Part shown: piece after piece, positions 24,127 through 37,300 of the stretch
Numbering within the stretch: the first letter of the stretch is position 1
Layout: each line of letters starts with the position of its first letter
Assembly: GCA_002269645.1 (NCBI GenBank)
Contig: NIVC01003865.1
Location: forward strand, 1-64,000
Length of the DNA stretch: 64,000 nt
Direction: 5' to 3'
From: Macrostomum lignano
Lineage: Eukaryota
Program-made: the position numbers and the translations under genes
The notes under the pieces: model-generated
The model's input: only the letters and a program-made list of their open reading frames with translations
Database searches by the model: none
Told to the model about the DNA's origin: nothing

Positions 24127-27100
24127 TTGCCTACTTAAAAAAAGATTGGTCAATTGTAATCTGCAAGCTTGCAAAGTAAAGCTGTTTTAATTAGAGTGGA
24201 ATTATTGGTTAGAATGGACAGTTGGATTCTAGCGGGTGTCGGAAAAGCATTTAATAGCTCAGCAGCGACAGCAGCAGCAGCAGGTCGCGCACGGTCGCAA
24301 AGCCGAGATCCTGATTCATATTCGAATAATTATTGCTCCTCATCTGAGGATTCCTCTGTCGGGTGTTACTGTCGATTCTCAACAAGCTGAACTGTTAGAC
24401 ACAACTATGGGGGGGACAGGAAGGCAACACTAAAGGGGAGCAGTCAACTTTCCCCTAGGGAGAGCGGTACGGCAGCAAATATATAGCGGCACTGCAACAC
24501 TTCCTGTAAGCTGGGGCAAGGGGGAGGAAATCAATCAGTTAGTTAATCGATTTTCGGATCTAGCCAAGAAACCTCTGCAACTCCCCGCCTTCCCCCCATT
24601 GTTGAACACTGTGCAAGCGAGAGAAGAACAGGAAATGGAAAATATGAGGAAGAAAGCCTCAAAGCCATATCGATTTTCTAACCCAAGCGATTGATTTTTT
24701 GTATGCGGATTAATTTCCTCTACCTAAGAGTCCCCAGTTCGCGGTCCTGCCTTCCCCATACCTGTCCGCCTCTAAATAGTGCTGCTAATCCCTAGTGCGC
24801 GGCGTACGATTCCCCAAAAGTGCTTGACTATTACCAATCGCCAGCAGTGCAGTTTTTTGTTGAAAATAGAGAAAATGAAAAGAAAATGAGAGCAATGTAT
24901 ACTAATGCGAATATACTATAAAGTCATAGGCTATTTTGTCCAGTAGTGGCAGTAGTAGGGATAAGACTCAATCGACCACTGCAGCTTTTTCTCATAGATT
25001 TTTGCTACTACTTATAGTAACTAAATACGTTTCAGCTACCCAAATTGTTGAGCGAAATAAATTTGAAAGGAGAGAAACGAAGGAAATTGTAACCCATTAT
25101 CTGCTAAAAACTTGTTAAAGCCATATGACCCTTGAACACTTAAAACAACTGAGAAATTCCCTTAATTCTCATTTGAGCGCTTAGTCAACAGAGAACTTCT
25201 CCCTTGATTGGTTGGCTACTTGGAGAATTTCCCTCTGAGCAATTGCTCACATGAGAACTTCCCTTTGAGAACTTGGGTCATATGAGAATCCCTATTGAGC
25301 ACCCATCTAAAATTTCGAAAATTGGTGTTTTATTCTATTATTTAAGCTATTGGGAAATTCAAATTCAATCGTAGAATGCAACATTTTAGCGAAAACAGCA
25401 AAACCAGATAAAAAATATTAAAGGCATAATTTATTTTATTTTGTCTGCATCCGACTACTTAAGCAGGAGAAGCAAATTAAATAACTAGACAGGATACTGA
25501 ACGTTAGCTAACATCCTGGATATTATAAGACAGGATATCCCCTAGACACGAAGTCCAGGACTTGGGTAAGCTAGTCAAGCAAGCCAGCATCTCAATGGAA
25601 TGCAGCCTACTATAAAGAGAATTAATAGAAAAGACAAGCAATTCCAAAGAAACGACTGCAAATATTAATTTTCTTCGAATGTCAAGACACAAAGCTGCGA
25701 TTCTTTTCATTTAAACGCTGTAACAGGCGCGCACTGAGCCAGCTCGAGTAGAGAAGAGAGAGAGAGAGATATACTTGAAAACAAGGGGGCATTGAATATA
25801 TGCTTTTACTGAGCACTGCTCAAACACAAGCATTTCTCTGCAAACTATTCACCTCTCTCCCTGCCTCATGCCGCCAGATGCCCCTCACCCGTACGCTTCA
25901 ACTGTATTCTAGGCAGCTATTTCGCTCACTTTAATAATAATAATAATAAACTGCAGGGCCAACACGTGCAACAAAAGGCACGCACGCGCCGGCACCGGCT
26001 GCACCCTCACCTACCGCTAGCTTCGAGATTTGCGTATGCAGCCCCTCTAATCTATTATCATTATTACTACTACTATTCCATAGCCTCTAGATTGCCGTCT
26101 TGTTAGGGAAAAGGAATTCTAAATATAGACACGAGCGTGGTAACCACCACGAATTTACCGACACAAGGCAGCCGCTAATCCTAGTACTAGTAAATTAGCC
26201 CCATTTTTAGATAGCCCAGGGACTCCAGGGGCGCACTGCCTGTCTGCCTGCCCTACCTGTGCAAAGCCAGGGCCTATAGATATTAGATATAAATTTGTTT
26301 TTATCATATTTGACTTACAAAAAAACACGATCTATTATGACAAATGTAAGCCGAGACAACGAAAAACAGAACAGGATATTTAAGAAGTGTTAGCCCAGGC
26401 CCAAGCTCAAGCATTAGGATCGTGACATGGATTCAAGGCATTTCGAATTTCAACGAAAACACACTAATAACTAGGCTTATAGCCCGCAGTAGCCGTCTGT
26501 TGTTTTTCCATTTCTAGATAAGCTACTTATTATTGACAGAAAAGTAACACCATAGCGCGGTACTCAAGTCACGCACACATTTAAAAATTGCCTCACAACC
26601 AGTGCTGGGGCAATCTGCCCATTCCGCTGACTGCTGAGCGCATACAAGCGCGCCAGTACTGTACTCAGGCTCAGGCACGCACTCATGCACACGCTCACGC
26701 AGGGTGTACAGCGGCCCTGACTTTCTGATGCTCAGACATGCACACTCTCTGTGCCCTTTGAGGTTGGCTCTTATCATCCTTATGGCTTTGAATCGCACGA
26801 CAACCTCCTCGGGCCAATTTTTGCGCACGCAAGCCACAGTTGAACCTGGGGTCATAGGCGACTAATTTATTGCAATCTCTGCCCTCAATTATCTTGTATA
26901 AGTGAAATAAGAAATACTATTTTGAACTTCCTTGCTAGGTCTGAGAACCATTATGACCATTTGTAACTATTTCCTATCGTCCAAGCTTTCAAACATGCAT
27001 ATGAGCACTAGTCTGTTTGTCTTTTTTTAGGAAGTAGTTTTCTAAAAAAATCAAAGTTTATAAATCTAAAAAATTCCTAATTTTGCTATTAAGGAGTACC

Positions 27101-30035
27101 TATCAGCATGCTAAAGTATGTATTATTCTATTAGGGAGCAACCAAAACATTTGGTAAGGAAAGATTTGATTTTTAAGAAAAGAGTTTTTTTGATAGCTAT
27201 TTCTATTCTTTTTACACACATAATTGAATGCATTTGAATCAACCATTTTTACCACCCTTAAATTTTTACATTAAAATCTATAATGGACAGAAATTTATAT
27301 ATAAATTGGGCTTACCCCTAACCTATGTTAAACCTTCCTAGAGTGCAGCTTATGTACTTAAATGGCATACTATAAAAATAATCACTAAGAAGAATTAGGC
27401 AAAAGCTTAGACTTACATTGTATACAAGTTGTCAGATGTTGGTCTTGTCTTGATTCTTTCGTAGGTGTAGGTGATAAATGATAACCTTCAAGACAAGTGC
27501 CACAACCGATCAAAGTAGATACTGCATCACAGCTGATTACAAATCGATGAAGAGCTTGGCAAGCTGACAATATTGGACAATCACTTAAAAAATTACCATG
27601 ATCCTTTACTTTACTGAGTTGATACTTGCTATCTACAATGGGAATTGAAAAGTATATTTAGACCAAAAATATTACTTGTAAACAATTTAAAAAAACACTG
27701 ATTTTGGTTATTTTATGTTTGTTGGAGTTATAAGCCCTAGAATTAGGCATTTAACTTATTGTCTATTATTAAAAAGGTAATAAAAATAAATTATAGTACT
27801 AGGTTTTATTTTTCAAAATTCTCTTTTTGCTTCTTATTACCAAAGCATTTTAAAATTAATTAACAAGAAGGCATATCTATTCTAATAGATAGGCCCCTAA
27901 GAAAGAGAAAAATGGAAAGGAAGAATTAAGTTTATTCTTTTAAAAAGACTATCTTAATCTTCAAAACAACTAATAACAATTTTAATTATTAGTTATATAA
28001 TAATGAAATTTACCTTCATTAATGGTTTATTAAATGTTACTATGCAATGTGGCATATAAAAATGCTCCAATGGAAATGTCCTAGTTTTGATGTTTAAATA
28101 TTTTGATGGTATATTACAAAAAAACAATTTTATAAAGATATATTTAAGATATATTAAAGCATTAAAAATAGCATTATATATATAATAACACAATTGGTCA
28201 CCCAATATAGTAAATTTCCAAAAAAAATTGCTCAAGTAGAAATTTAAAAGGTCAATCACATTACTGGTTCTATTCTGCTGCTAGCTATAGAAATTTACTT
28301 TCATAAGCAAAGTTTAAAACTTGATCATTTTAAAGATCTATGTATATACATTTTAAAATATACTTACTTTACTGTTAGTCTGCTTGTGTAAAACTTTAAA
28401 TGAAAGTAATTCAACATCAGGAAACTAGTTCATTACCATAGGAGCATATCAATATATTGAAATTACATTGCATCATACTGTCAAAACTCAAAATAATTTA
28501 ATTTAGGACATTCTACTCCAACCAATTGAATAATAATAATAAAAATGCAATCTCACAAATTTTTCTTACCCTCTATTAATTGCTCGGAATGTGCAGTAAT
28601 AGTTAGTACAAATAAGAGTATTACTTTTGTTGTTGGATTGGTAACCAACAACATTGCATTGGGTTGAGATAGGCCTATACTGCTTATTGTACAGACGAAT
28701 CCATAAAATTCTAAAATAAATTTTAGAACTGAATACTTAGTTATTTAAACACAAAAATTTACTCTCGAATCGTCCTTACAAGCGCATTAAAACTATTATG
28801 AGTTACCCTGATTTTTTTAATGAAATATCAATTTCCCGCGCGCGTGGGCTAAGGAGGTCCAAATTTAAACATGTACGAAAAAATTGTGGAAATAATAACT
28901 TGTTAAAACAAAAACTGTACATAGTTAAAAACACTTCTCGTTTCCATCACCTAGCCAAAGAAAACAGTTTTATGTAAACAATATAAATATAACAGTCGCA
29001 AACAACTAAACTTTCTGTATTCCTAATCCACGAACACTATTAATTTTCGTGTTAGAGGAGAATCTGCGAAGTTTAGATCGAAAAGTTCAACACTGGAACT
29101 GAAGTACGTAAAAATTCTCTAGGTAAAACTATAGTCCATCAGTTTCATCTCATTTAAACTGCAATCATGCATAAATTTCCTCTCCGTGAAAATCAATCCA
29201 TTAAAATCCTTTCAGTGAGAAGTGGCAAGAAATTGTTCAGGAAGCAATCTTCTGCAAGATATGCTCGGCAAGCACAATGGACTTCTAAATAATCATAAGC
29301 ATAATTTTCCAGCATAATCAATATATATAATTTCATCCCCAACACCAGGGGCATTGCATTTGAACGCAGAACACTTGTCACCGGCCCACCCTTCCAATGC
29401 GCATGCATGATCTCCTCTCTACCAATTGTAAAATCATACCAGCACCCAGGGACACCGAAAAAGCTTGATTAGGATTTGTCTTGAAATTCCGATTGGAAAA
29501 AAAACCCTGCGCGGGAAAACCTCGGAAGGAAAAACTCGCGCGGGAAAACTCGGCGAGAACTTCCTGCGGGAAATTCGATCTCGTGTTCCCGCTGTTCTTG
29601 TTCTTGTAAATTTATATCTTCGATAGTTTACATTTGTACTGTACATGTACATATCTATAAAATGTAGGTATTCAATCATCCAGTCCTTTAATTGCGTTAC
29701 CAAGATTTATTAGGGTCCACATTCTGTATGTATGTCTTTCTGAGATCTGACTTTGCCTCATCAGCCGGGCTGCAAGGAATAGTTTCGTGATAAAAACGTT
29801 TTTTCGTATCTCCGCGGTGTATTTTTCCAGCAAATGGGCTCCCTAAAATACACAATCTTTGAGTTTTACATCCTATCACCAGTAGTCCTTTTGGTACTGT
29901 TTGGATAAAGTTTAATCTGATGCAACACTATATATTCTGAAAAAATGATCTATATATGTATAACATGTACAAGTGACTATTTAATTAATCTATAAAAATA
30001 CGTTAGAAAAAAGAGAAGTCAGAATAGTATCTTAA

Positions 30036-30884
30036 TGATTTTGTCTCGCATAGAGACGCCTAACCGCAGTCACTCCTGTGAAACTTGTCTCTGCCTGGCT
30101 GAAAGCTTGTAATGAGTGAGTAGGCTGGGTTGGAGGGTAATAGTGGATCGGGAAGGGCCGTGGGTAGCTGTAGGAAGGCAGGCCTATACCTGTACCAAGG
30201 TGCCCGACGGACTCCCTCGGAGTGCCCTCTGAGCGTACAGCCAGCGACCCTATTAAAGCTGGAGTGTGCCAGAACCAGGACTGAGTCTGAGCAGGACGGG
30301 ACCGTTGGCACGGTCACAATAGAAATGGCGGGTTGGCGAAGCAAAGGGTGATATAGTCCCGGCGATTAGCCCTCCTGCCGCTTCAAAGATAAGAGACTGT
30401 CTGTTGGCAAGAGTACCCGGGGTTTAGTTGGGGGGGAGGCTCCTTCGGGTTGCCACGGCCGTGGGGGGCGGTCAAATGACCGGCATTGGCTTATCTAACC
30501 CAGGAGTAGGCACGGGCTTCCCTGAATGGTTCACTCAATCCCCTCTGGCCCCGGGGAGGTTTTTGATATGTACCCGGGGGTGGTGGGCGGTCGGCCCCAG
30601 CATGGTTGCCACGGCTCTAGGCCTTCGGGCCATCCCTAATAGGCTATGGGGCCTTCTAACCTGGTTTTTGGGCACGGGCTCCTGACTGGTTCGTCGAACC
30701 GCTGTCACTGTCCCCCGGGGAGGTTTGGTTTTTATGTTATTGCCCTGTACAGTCCTCTATAGTCTAATTGGCTTTTAGTGTACATTAGTACACTCCCAAT
30801 CTGGAACCTAAATTATTTCTAGTGGCGTAAGAGCCTTTTTACTTAGGCTGAGGCGCCGGAGTTACTTATCATAGTCATAGTCAT
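30036..30884 (+). mobile_element. 5'-truncated non-LTR retrotransposon 3' end with (CATAGT)n tail and 24-bp TSD
   Basis: AGAGAAGTCAGAATAGTATCTTAA occurs at 30012-30035 and 30885-30908. GC-rich insert in AT-rich DNA, ending ...ttatCATAGTCATAGTCAT. Confidence 0.8.
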
Positions 30885-30994
30885 AGAGAAGTCAGAATAG
30901 TATCTTAAAAAGTCTACCGTAGTTTGTATTAATATTAACGTGCGCACTGATTTTGTTTTATTTTTTTATCACGAAAACTTTTTAAGCGCCGGAC

Positions 30995-31346
30995 GGGTCT
31001 CCCTAAAACACGCACCGCACCGCCCCGAACCGCTACACATTATAACATTTTTGTCAATGCAGTATTTAATTGTAAAGAAAACTATTTGTTGTACGAGTGA
31101 TGGAATAAATATCTTTATTTATTATTATAAATATCTTTAATTATTATTATAAATATTGTTATTATTTTTTATATTATTGTTTTCATTTTTATTCACGGAA
31201 TTTTATATTTCATAGTAAAAAAACTTAATTTAATAAAAACTTTGAAGCTTAACAGAAAACGCATTTTGAAGTGTCTTCAGTTATAGTCCAATTTGTTTTA
31301 ATGTGTAGCGCTGCAGGGCGGTGCGGGGCGTGTTTTAGGGAGACCC
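30995..31346. mobile_element. 352-bp MITE with ~50-bp TIRs and 9-bp TSD (Mutator/MULE-like)
   Basis: Ends GGGTCTCCCTAAAACACGC... / ...GCGTGTTTTAGGGAGACCC. TSD GCGCCGGAC at 30986-30994 and 31347-31355. AT-rich core. Confidence 0.9.
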
Positions 31347-33720
31347 GCGCCGGACAAACGATAACTGGACCTAATGGTTATTACAGTATTAAATATACTT
31401 AAATAAATCTGCATCTCAATTGTCAAGTCTTCAAAAATAAAGTGCTTACACAAGTTTATCGGATGATCTCTCTCAATTGGACTATTTTTTATTTGCTTTG
31501 AAACATCTCAACTAGAAATGAATATATGGTGTTAATTACTGAATCACTGAATTACTGAATAATTACTGAACTGAACAAAAATGATAGTATCAAAGTTGTT
31601 AGTTATAACAAATGGTGTTAATTAAACTGAAAAATATTTTTTTCTTTAGATTTTCGGTACTTGATTATTGCTAATTAGCCATAAATGAATAAAATGCTAT
31701 TGCTTGTCCAGATATACTCAGAGTATCCAAAATAGATAATGAATATTTTATGGTATTTTAAATTTAAATCAATGAACCAGACAGTAATTTTAGACATTTT
31801 ATTTATAATATTGTTAAAGAAGTGTTAAGTCTAACCAAACACAATCTTCTCTTATCTTAAATATTAAAAAAATTGTCTATGGACTATGGTGAGAACTTGC
31901 TTGGCATAACTTTGGTTTTTCACTTTAAATTATTTTCTAGATATTTTCAAACTTTTATAATATAATAAGATTTAAACAAAGTAAAGTCACAGAATAAAAA
32001 AGTCAATAAGTCCCATAGTGTTGTATTCCAAAGCAGGAAAGTGAAACAGGTTGCTAAGTTGCCTATCTGTAAATTCCAGAAAATAACCCAGAATGCCAAG
32101 GAATAATAATGCTAGAAAATACCAGAAAATAATATTTAAAGTGAGAGATCAAAGTTATGCTAATAAATTAAGATATTGTAATCAATACTTTCTTCATTTT
32201 TTACTATTATTATAGTTTAGTTTATACTTTTAAAATAATTTATAATTATCTACTAGAAAGAATGCCTAACTAGAGTATTCATTATATTATATACTAGACA
32301 ATTATTTGAGTTTCATAATAAAAAACAAAAATTATAATTTTGTGACAGGCCTTTTGGCTCTGTCTTTCTAAACTCTTAACTATTGATGCTAGTGTTTATT
32401 AAATATCCTACGAGCTGCCACCAAAGTTGTAACAGGCTAATTATCTTCTACTTTATCAATTTTAATAATCCTACTAAATGCCACCAAGTTGTACAGGTGT
32501 TGTTCCTGTCTGCTAACTAGTTATCTTAATTGCACTTCTATTTTCACTCCTTAACTGTTTCTTAGAATTTCATTTGAATATACTGGTAGCGTTTTATGTA
32601 TTAGTCTGGTAGCGTCTTATGTATTAGTCTGGTAGTGTCTTATGTATGGCCTGAGCAGTCTAGTACTGGTACATGAACTTATCAGATTGTCCTAGTTGGG
32701 CATTCACTAGGATTAGAGGGTCATAGCACAACTCTCGAATTTCCTTTGTATATCTCCCAATCCCTTCTCTTAGCAATTTTCTGAGCACTGTTACTCCCTC
32801 TTTCCTTAAAATAACTAACTCAATAAGATTTCAAAGTTAATCTGAAAATATAGAATGAACCAATGTTATAGCGCACAAATATTTCAAGAGCAAGAAAATG
32901 TTACTTTTATTTGGGCAAAATTCACTCATATATATACTGTTTAGATAGCTATGTTTATAACAAAAATTATATGTCAATAATATTTTGCATAGTAAAACAA
33001 AACAGTGAGTTTATTTCTTGTTTGTGCGCAAATTCAATGTGACTATTATTAAACTATTTTTACTTGTATAAATTGCGATAATATAACAGCACTATCATTG
33101 TAGATGTTCATTAGGCACATAGAAATACTAAAAACTTATAGGAAGTACAGGCTAGCACAATTTATTAGGCTAATCTAGTAGCAAAACTAGAAATTTTTGA
33201 GAGGGGGCATATTATAAAGGTAAAGACCTAAGGGAGAGGAGCAGAACACCAGAAGAGATGGCTTTGTATTTTGGCAAAAATTATTTTGGTCCTCCCTTTG
33301 ATTTTTTTCTGGTCTTTACTTAAGGGAAAAGTGACTGCCTTCCTACCTCTCCTTTAGTTGCTCCACTGGGCTAATCAATTTGTTGTTTGCTATTGATAAC
33401 TTTAGTGTCTAAGGAGTATCTTATAATTAAAGTTTATAGTAGAAGCTAATATTGTAATATTACTTATTTTATACACTTTTGTTGCTACACTTTATATATG
33501 AGTCATGATAATAAAAATGACTGCCAGTTGATAGACAGCTACAGGTTTTTTTGCCAATAGTCTTTAATTTCTAAGTTTTAAGTTTACTGATTCTATTTTT
33601 AAGCAGAAAGCTATAGGATAAGAATTATTTTATGCTTTAGTGCATAGACTGCCAACAAGGTCAATGACAAGGTAGTAGAAGATTAGTTATTCCCATTTAT
33701 CCCATATTATCCCACTAGGG

Positions 33721-34179
33721 CAGGGCTTGGCAAACTTTGGCCTGTGAAGCTTCTCAATCCGGCCCTCGGGTCCTTTGAAACTTCACAATAGCAATCCGGC
33801 CCACTCAAGTTTGTCTCTCTTCTTATACAGTTCTTTCTCTTTCTCTCGTCTCTTCTCTCTCCCCAGCTCTCCTCTTCTATCTCTCCTCATTTCTCTCTCC
33901 TCTTCTATATCTCCTCATTTCTCTCTCCTCTCTCCCATATCTCATCTCTCCTCTCTGTCTCCCCTCTCCTCGTCCTCTCTCCTCGCTCTCCTCTTTCCCA
34001 GTCTCTTCTCTCCCTCCTCTTCTCTCCCCTCTCTACCTTCTCTACTCTCCCAATTTCTCTCATCTCACCTAGCATCTTTTATCCTTTCTACTTTTCTCTC
34101 TCATTTCCTTTCCATGGCCCGCAGTCATGAGCTGTATTTTCTATCGGGCCCTTGGGGGTAAAAATTTTGCCGACCCCTG
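33721..34179. mobile_element. hAT-type MITE, copy 3, 459 bp, with expanded CT-rich interior
   Basis: Ends CAGGGCTTGGCAAACT / TTTTGCCGACCCCTG. 8-bp TSD CACTAGGG at 33713-33720 and 34180-34187. The subterminal CCGCAG[CT]CATGAGCTG is shared with copy 2. Confidence 0.88.
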
Positions 34180-34347
34180 CACTAGGGTCTAATGAGACTT
34201 TGAGAGATAGAATATTTTTGATGACTCTATAATCATTGCCAGTCTAATAGAGTAAAATTGCCACTCTTATACGTCACTTTTATTTCAGGACTTATTTGAC
34301 AGGACTAAGTTTAAGCTCTACTTGGTTTTAACAGCCCAGCCAAGCCA

Positions 34348-37300
34348 ATGCTGCCAGTAACATTTCGCTACCGCCGCTATCTTGGCTGGCGCAAGCACTG
34401 GCTATATGGTTTGTTATTAGCGGCATTTATATTTGCAATTGTCTACCTGCTACATGGCGGCGGCTATCGGGACAGGCTGGCAAACCAAAGGGATTGGCCA
34501 ACTGTTCAAGCTGCTTTGTCTGCAACACCATGGGAGCTGCCGGACAATGACCAGCTGGTGCTGTCAGGCCCCGGCAGTCGGCACTATCCAGCAACTTTGA
34601 ATGCGTCCAAGTCTGGCGTTGCAGAACTGCTGCAGAATCCCATGAAACTCGATGAGCTGCGCTCCAATGTCAGGAAGACGCTCAGCTATCTGAGCCACTT
34701 GGCTAAGCCGTCCGAATTTGATGCCAACGCTGGCAGCTGCATGTGTGGCCGAATTGCCGAGCCGTGCAACTGCTGCGCCAGGCTCACGGCCGGCCGGCTT
34801 CGGCTCGGACAGACTGCCTGCGTGCAGTTCGCCTATCTGGTGCATCGGCAGGCCATGAGAACCCGGCTGTTGCTGGCCGGGTCCATACTGGTATGGGGAC
34901 TGGCTGCTTCTGTGCTGCATCTCGGGGAGAACTGGGTAGCTTAGTCTGAGGATAGGCCTGGAGAATCGGGTAGCTTAGTCTGAGGATAGGCCAGGAGAAT
35001 CGGGTAGCTTAGTCTGAGAATAGGCCTGGAGAATCGGGTAGCTTAGTCTGAGGATAGGCCAGGAGAATCGGGTAGCTTAGTCTGAGGATAGGCCAGGAGA
35101 ATCGGGTAGCTTAGTCTGAGGATAGGCCAGGAGAATCGGGTAGCTTAGTCTGAGAATAGGCCAGGAGAATCGGGTAGCTTAGTCTGAGGATAGGCCTGGA
35201 GAATCGGGTAGCTTAGTCTGAGGATAGGCCAGGAGAATCGGGTAGCTTAGTCTGAGAATAGGCCAGGAGAATCGGGTAGCTTAGTCTGAGGATAGGCCTG
35301 GAGAATCGGGTAGCTTAGTCTGAGGATAGGCCAGGAGAATCGGGTAGCTTAGTCTGAGGATAGGCCAGGAGAATCGGGTAGCTTAGTCTGAGGATAGGCC
35401 TGGAGAATCGGGTAGCTTAGTCTGAGGATAGGCCAGGAGAATCGGGTAGCTTGACTTACTTCTTGACTTAGCTGCAGGGTGGTCCGTAGACACAGCGGGG
35501 AGGCGAGGGTCGCCCATTCCGCTAGCCCCTGAAGGCCCGCAGACAGGCAGAGGCGTGGGGCCGGTCAGGGTGGTCCGCCGGTCCGTCCTGCAGCGTGATC
35601 TTCCGTTGGGAAGAAACTGGCTCGTCTAGTCGCCCGAAGGAACTGGATGAGCCGTGGGATGCTGTCGGGCTGGCAAACCTCGTCAATGGACGGGTTCGGC
35701 CCGAGGTAGCGTAGCCGGTCTCTGTTAAAGAAAGGGCAGTGACAGACAAAGTGCTGAGCATCTTCATTGTCGCACTCGCAAAAGGGGCAAATTTCGCTCT
35801 CGAGGTCGCCTCGGAGGAAGCAGTGCCTGGCGAGGTAGCCATGGCCGGTAAGGGTCATGACAAGGGCTCGAATATCCTTCCGATTCTGGTTCAGAAGGAT
35901 GTTTCTGAGCCTGTGAGACGGGCAAGGAACCGCGGCACGAGATTGCCGGCAGTTTTGGGTGCCCGCCCATCTGTCCCTGTGGAGGGAGTCAGCCCAGTCG
36001 TCGATCTGACGATTGATGACTGTCAAGGGCATAGGGACCAGGGGGCAGGGCCGAAAAAAGAGCCAGAGCCGCCCCTCTTGGCGAGGGTGTCTGCCAGCTC
36101 GTTCCCCGGAAACCCTGCGTGCCCTGGGATCCACTTCAGCCTGACAGTATTGCTTCTGGCCAGGAGGTTGAGCTGCCGGGCGCAGTCGGCGACTGTCCGG
36201 GAGTTCGTTGTGGTGTGGCAAAGGGCCTGTAAGGCCGCTTGGCTGTCGGAGTGGATGACAATAGTCTTTCCTCTCGTAACCTTGGCGTTCAGCTCTGCAG
36301 CGCAAGAGCTGATGGCAAGGACTTCGTTCTGGAAGACTGTGGAGAGTCTACCAGTGTGCTGGGCATGCGTGGCAATTACGCGGCCGTTGATGATGATGCA
36401 GACCCCAAAGCCGGCGCGACCGTCTTTGATGGATCCGTCCGTGTAGCAATGGACCTCCTGGAAATTCCAGTGGTCATTGGCAGCATCCCTAGAGGGGATG
36501 GTGACCTTGTAGCGCTGAAAGAGGTTGAGAGTGCGGGGTTCGCCGTCAGATAGGACGTGGAGCCCGCCGCTGTCTCTCAAGTCCTTGAGGCAGAGGTCAG
36601 CGTGGGGCAGAAGCTTGCGCTTAGCCATGGCCCTATGGGGCTGGATTCGAATGCCAGCGTCAGCTAGACGGCGGGCAGTCTTAGCCGCTTCCCTGCGGAC
36701 AAAGATGTCCAGCGGAGGAATGTTGAGGAAGGCGTTGAGGCCATCGTAAGGAGCAGACGGAGGGGCGCTCATGATCGTGCGACAAGCGCGCCCTTGCGCT
36801 CTCCTGAGAGCCTCTAGACAGGTCTTTATCTGCAGGGCGCTAGCCCAGATCAGGCCGCCATACGAGATAGCGGGCCTAACCATTGCAGTGTAGATCCACC
36901 AGAGGCGCTTGGGGTGAGCCCCCAGGTGGTGCCGACAGCCCTGCGCAATTGCGCGAGGACTGCGAAGGCCTTTTTGGCTTTTGTTTGAACGTGGGGAGAC
37001 CAGTTCAGCCTGTGGTCCAGGGTAATACCCAGACATTTAGTCTGCTTGCAGAAGGGGATTTCCCTTCCGTAAAGCGTGAGCGGCCGAATCTGCCACTTGG
37101 TCCTGCTGGTGAACATGATCGCTGCGGTCTTAGTCTCAGAGAGCCTTAAACCACAGCGGTCCGCCCATTGCTCAGCAGCGTAGATGAAGTTCTGAAGAAG
37201 GTCCCTGAGGGTATCAGGGGACGGACCAGATGCCACCGCGGTGACATCGTCCGCATATCCAACTTTCAGAATGGGGTCAGGCCGAACATCCCGGAGGAGC

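Noticed and set aside
24169-24433. Plus-strand ORFs with Gln/Ala runs upstream of the NPDC1-like start
   Set aside because: No recognisable domain or splice partner. Probably 5' UTR or promoter with a CAG run.
29737-29764. Minus-strand CTGATGAG-N11-TCTC-A-GAAA resembling a hammerhead core
   Set aside because: An extra base precedes GAAA, and no convincing stems I/III or cleavage triplet were found.
34891-34944. Unspliced end of ORF 34348-34944 as the real C-terminus
   Set aside because: It runs into the minisatellite. A phase-0 donor at 34891 and a matching exon at 41757 complete the Cys pattern.
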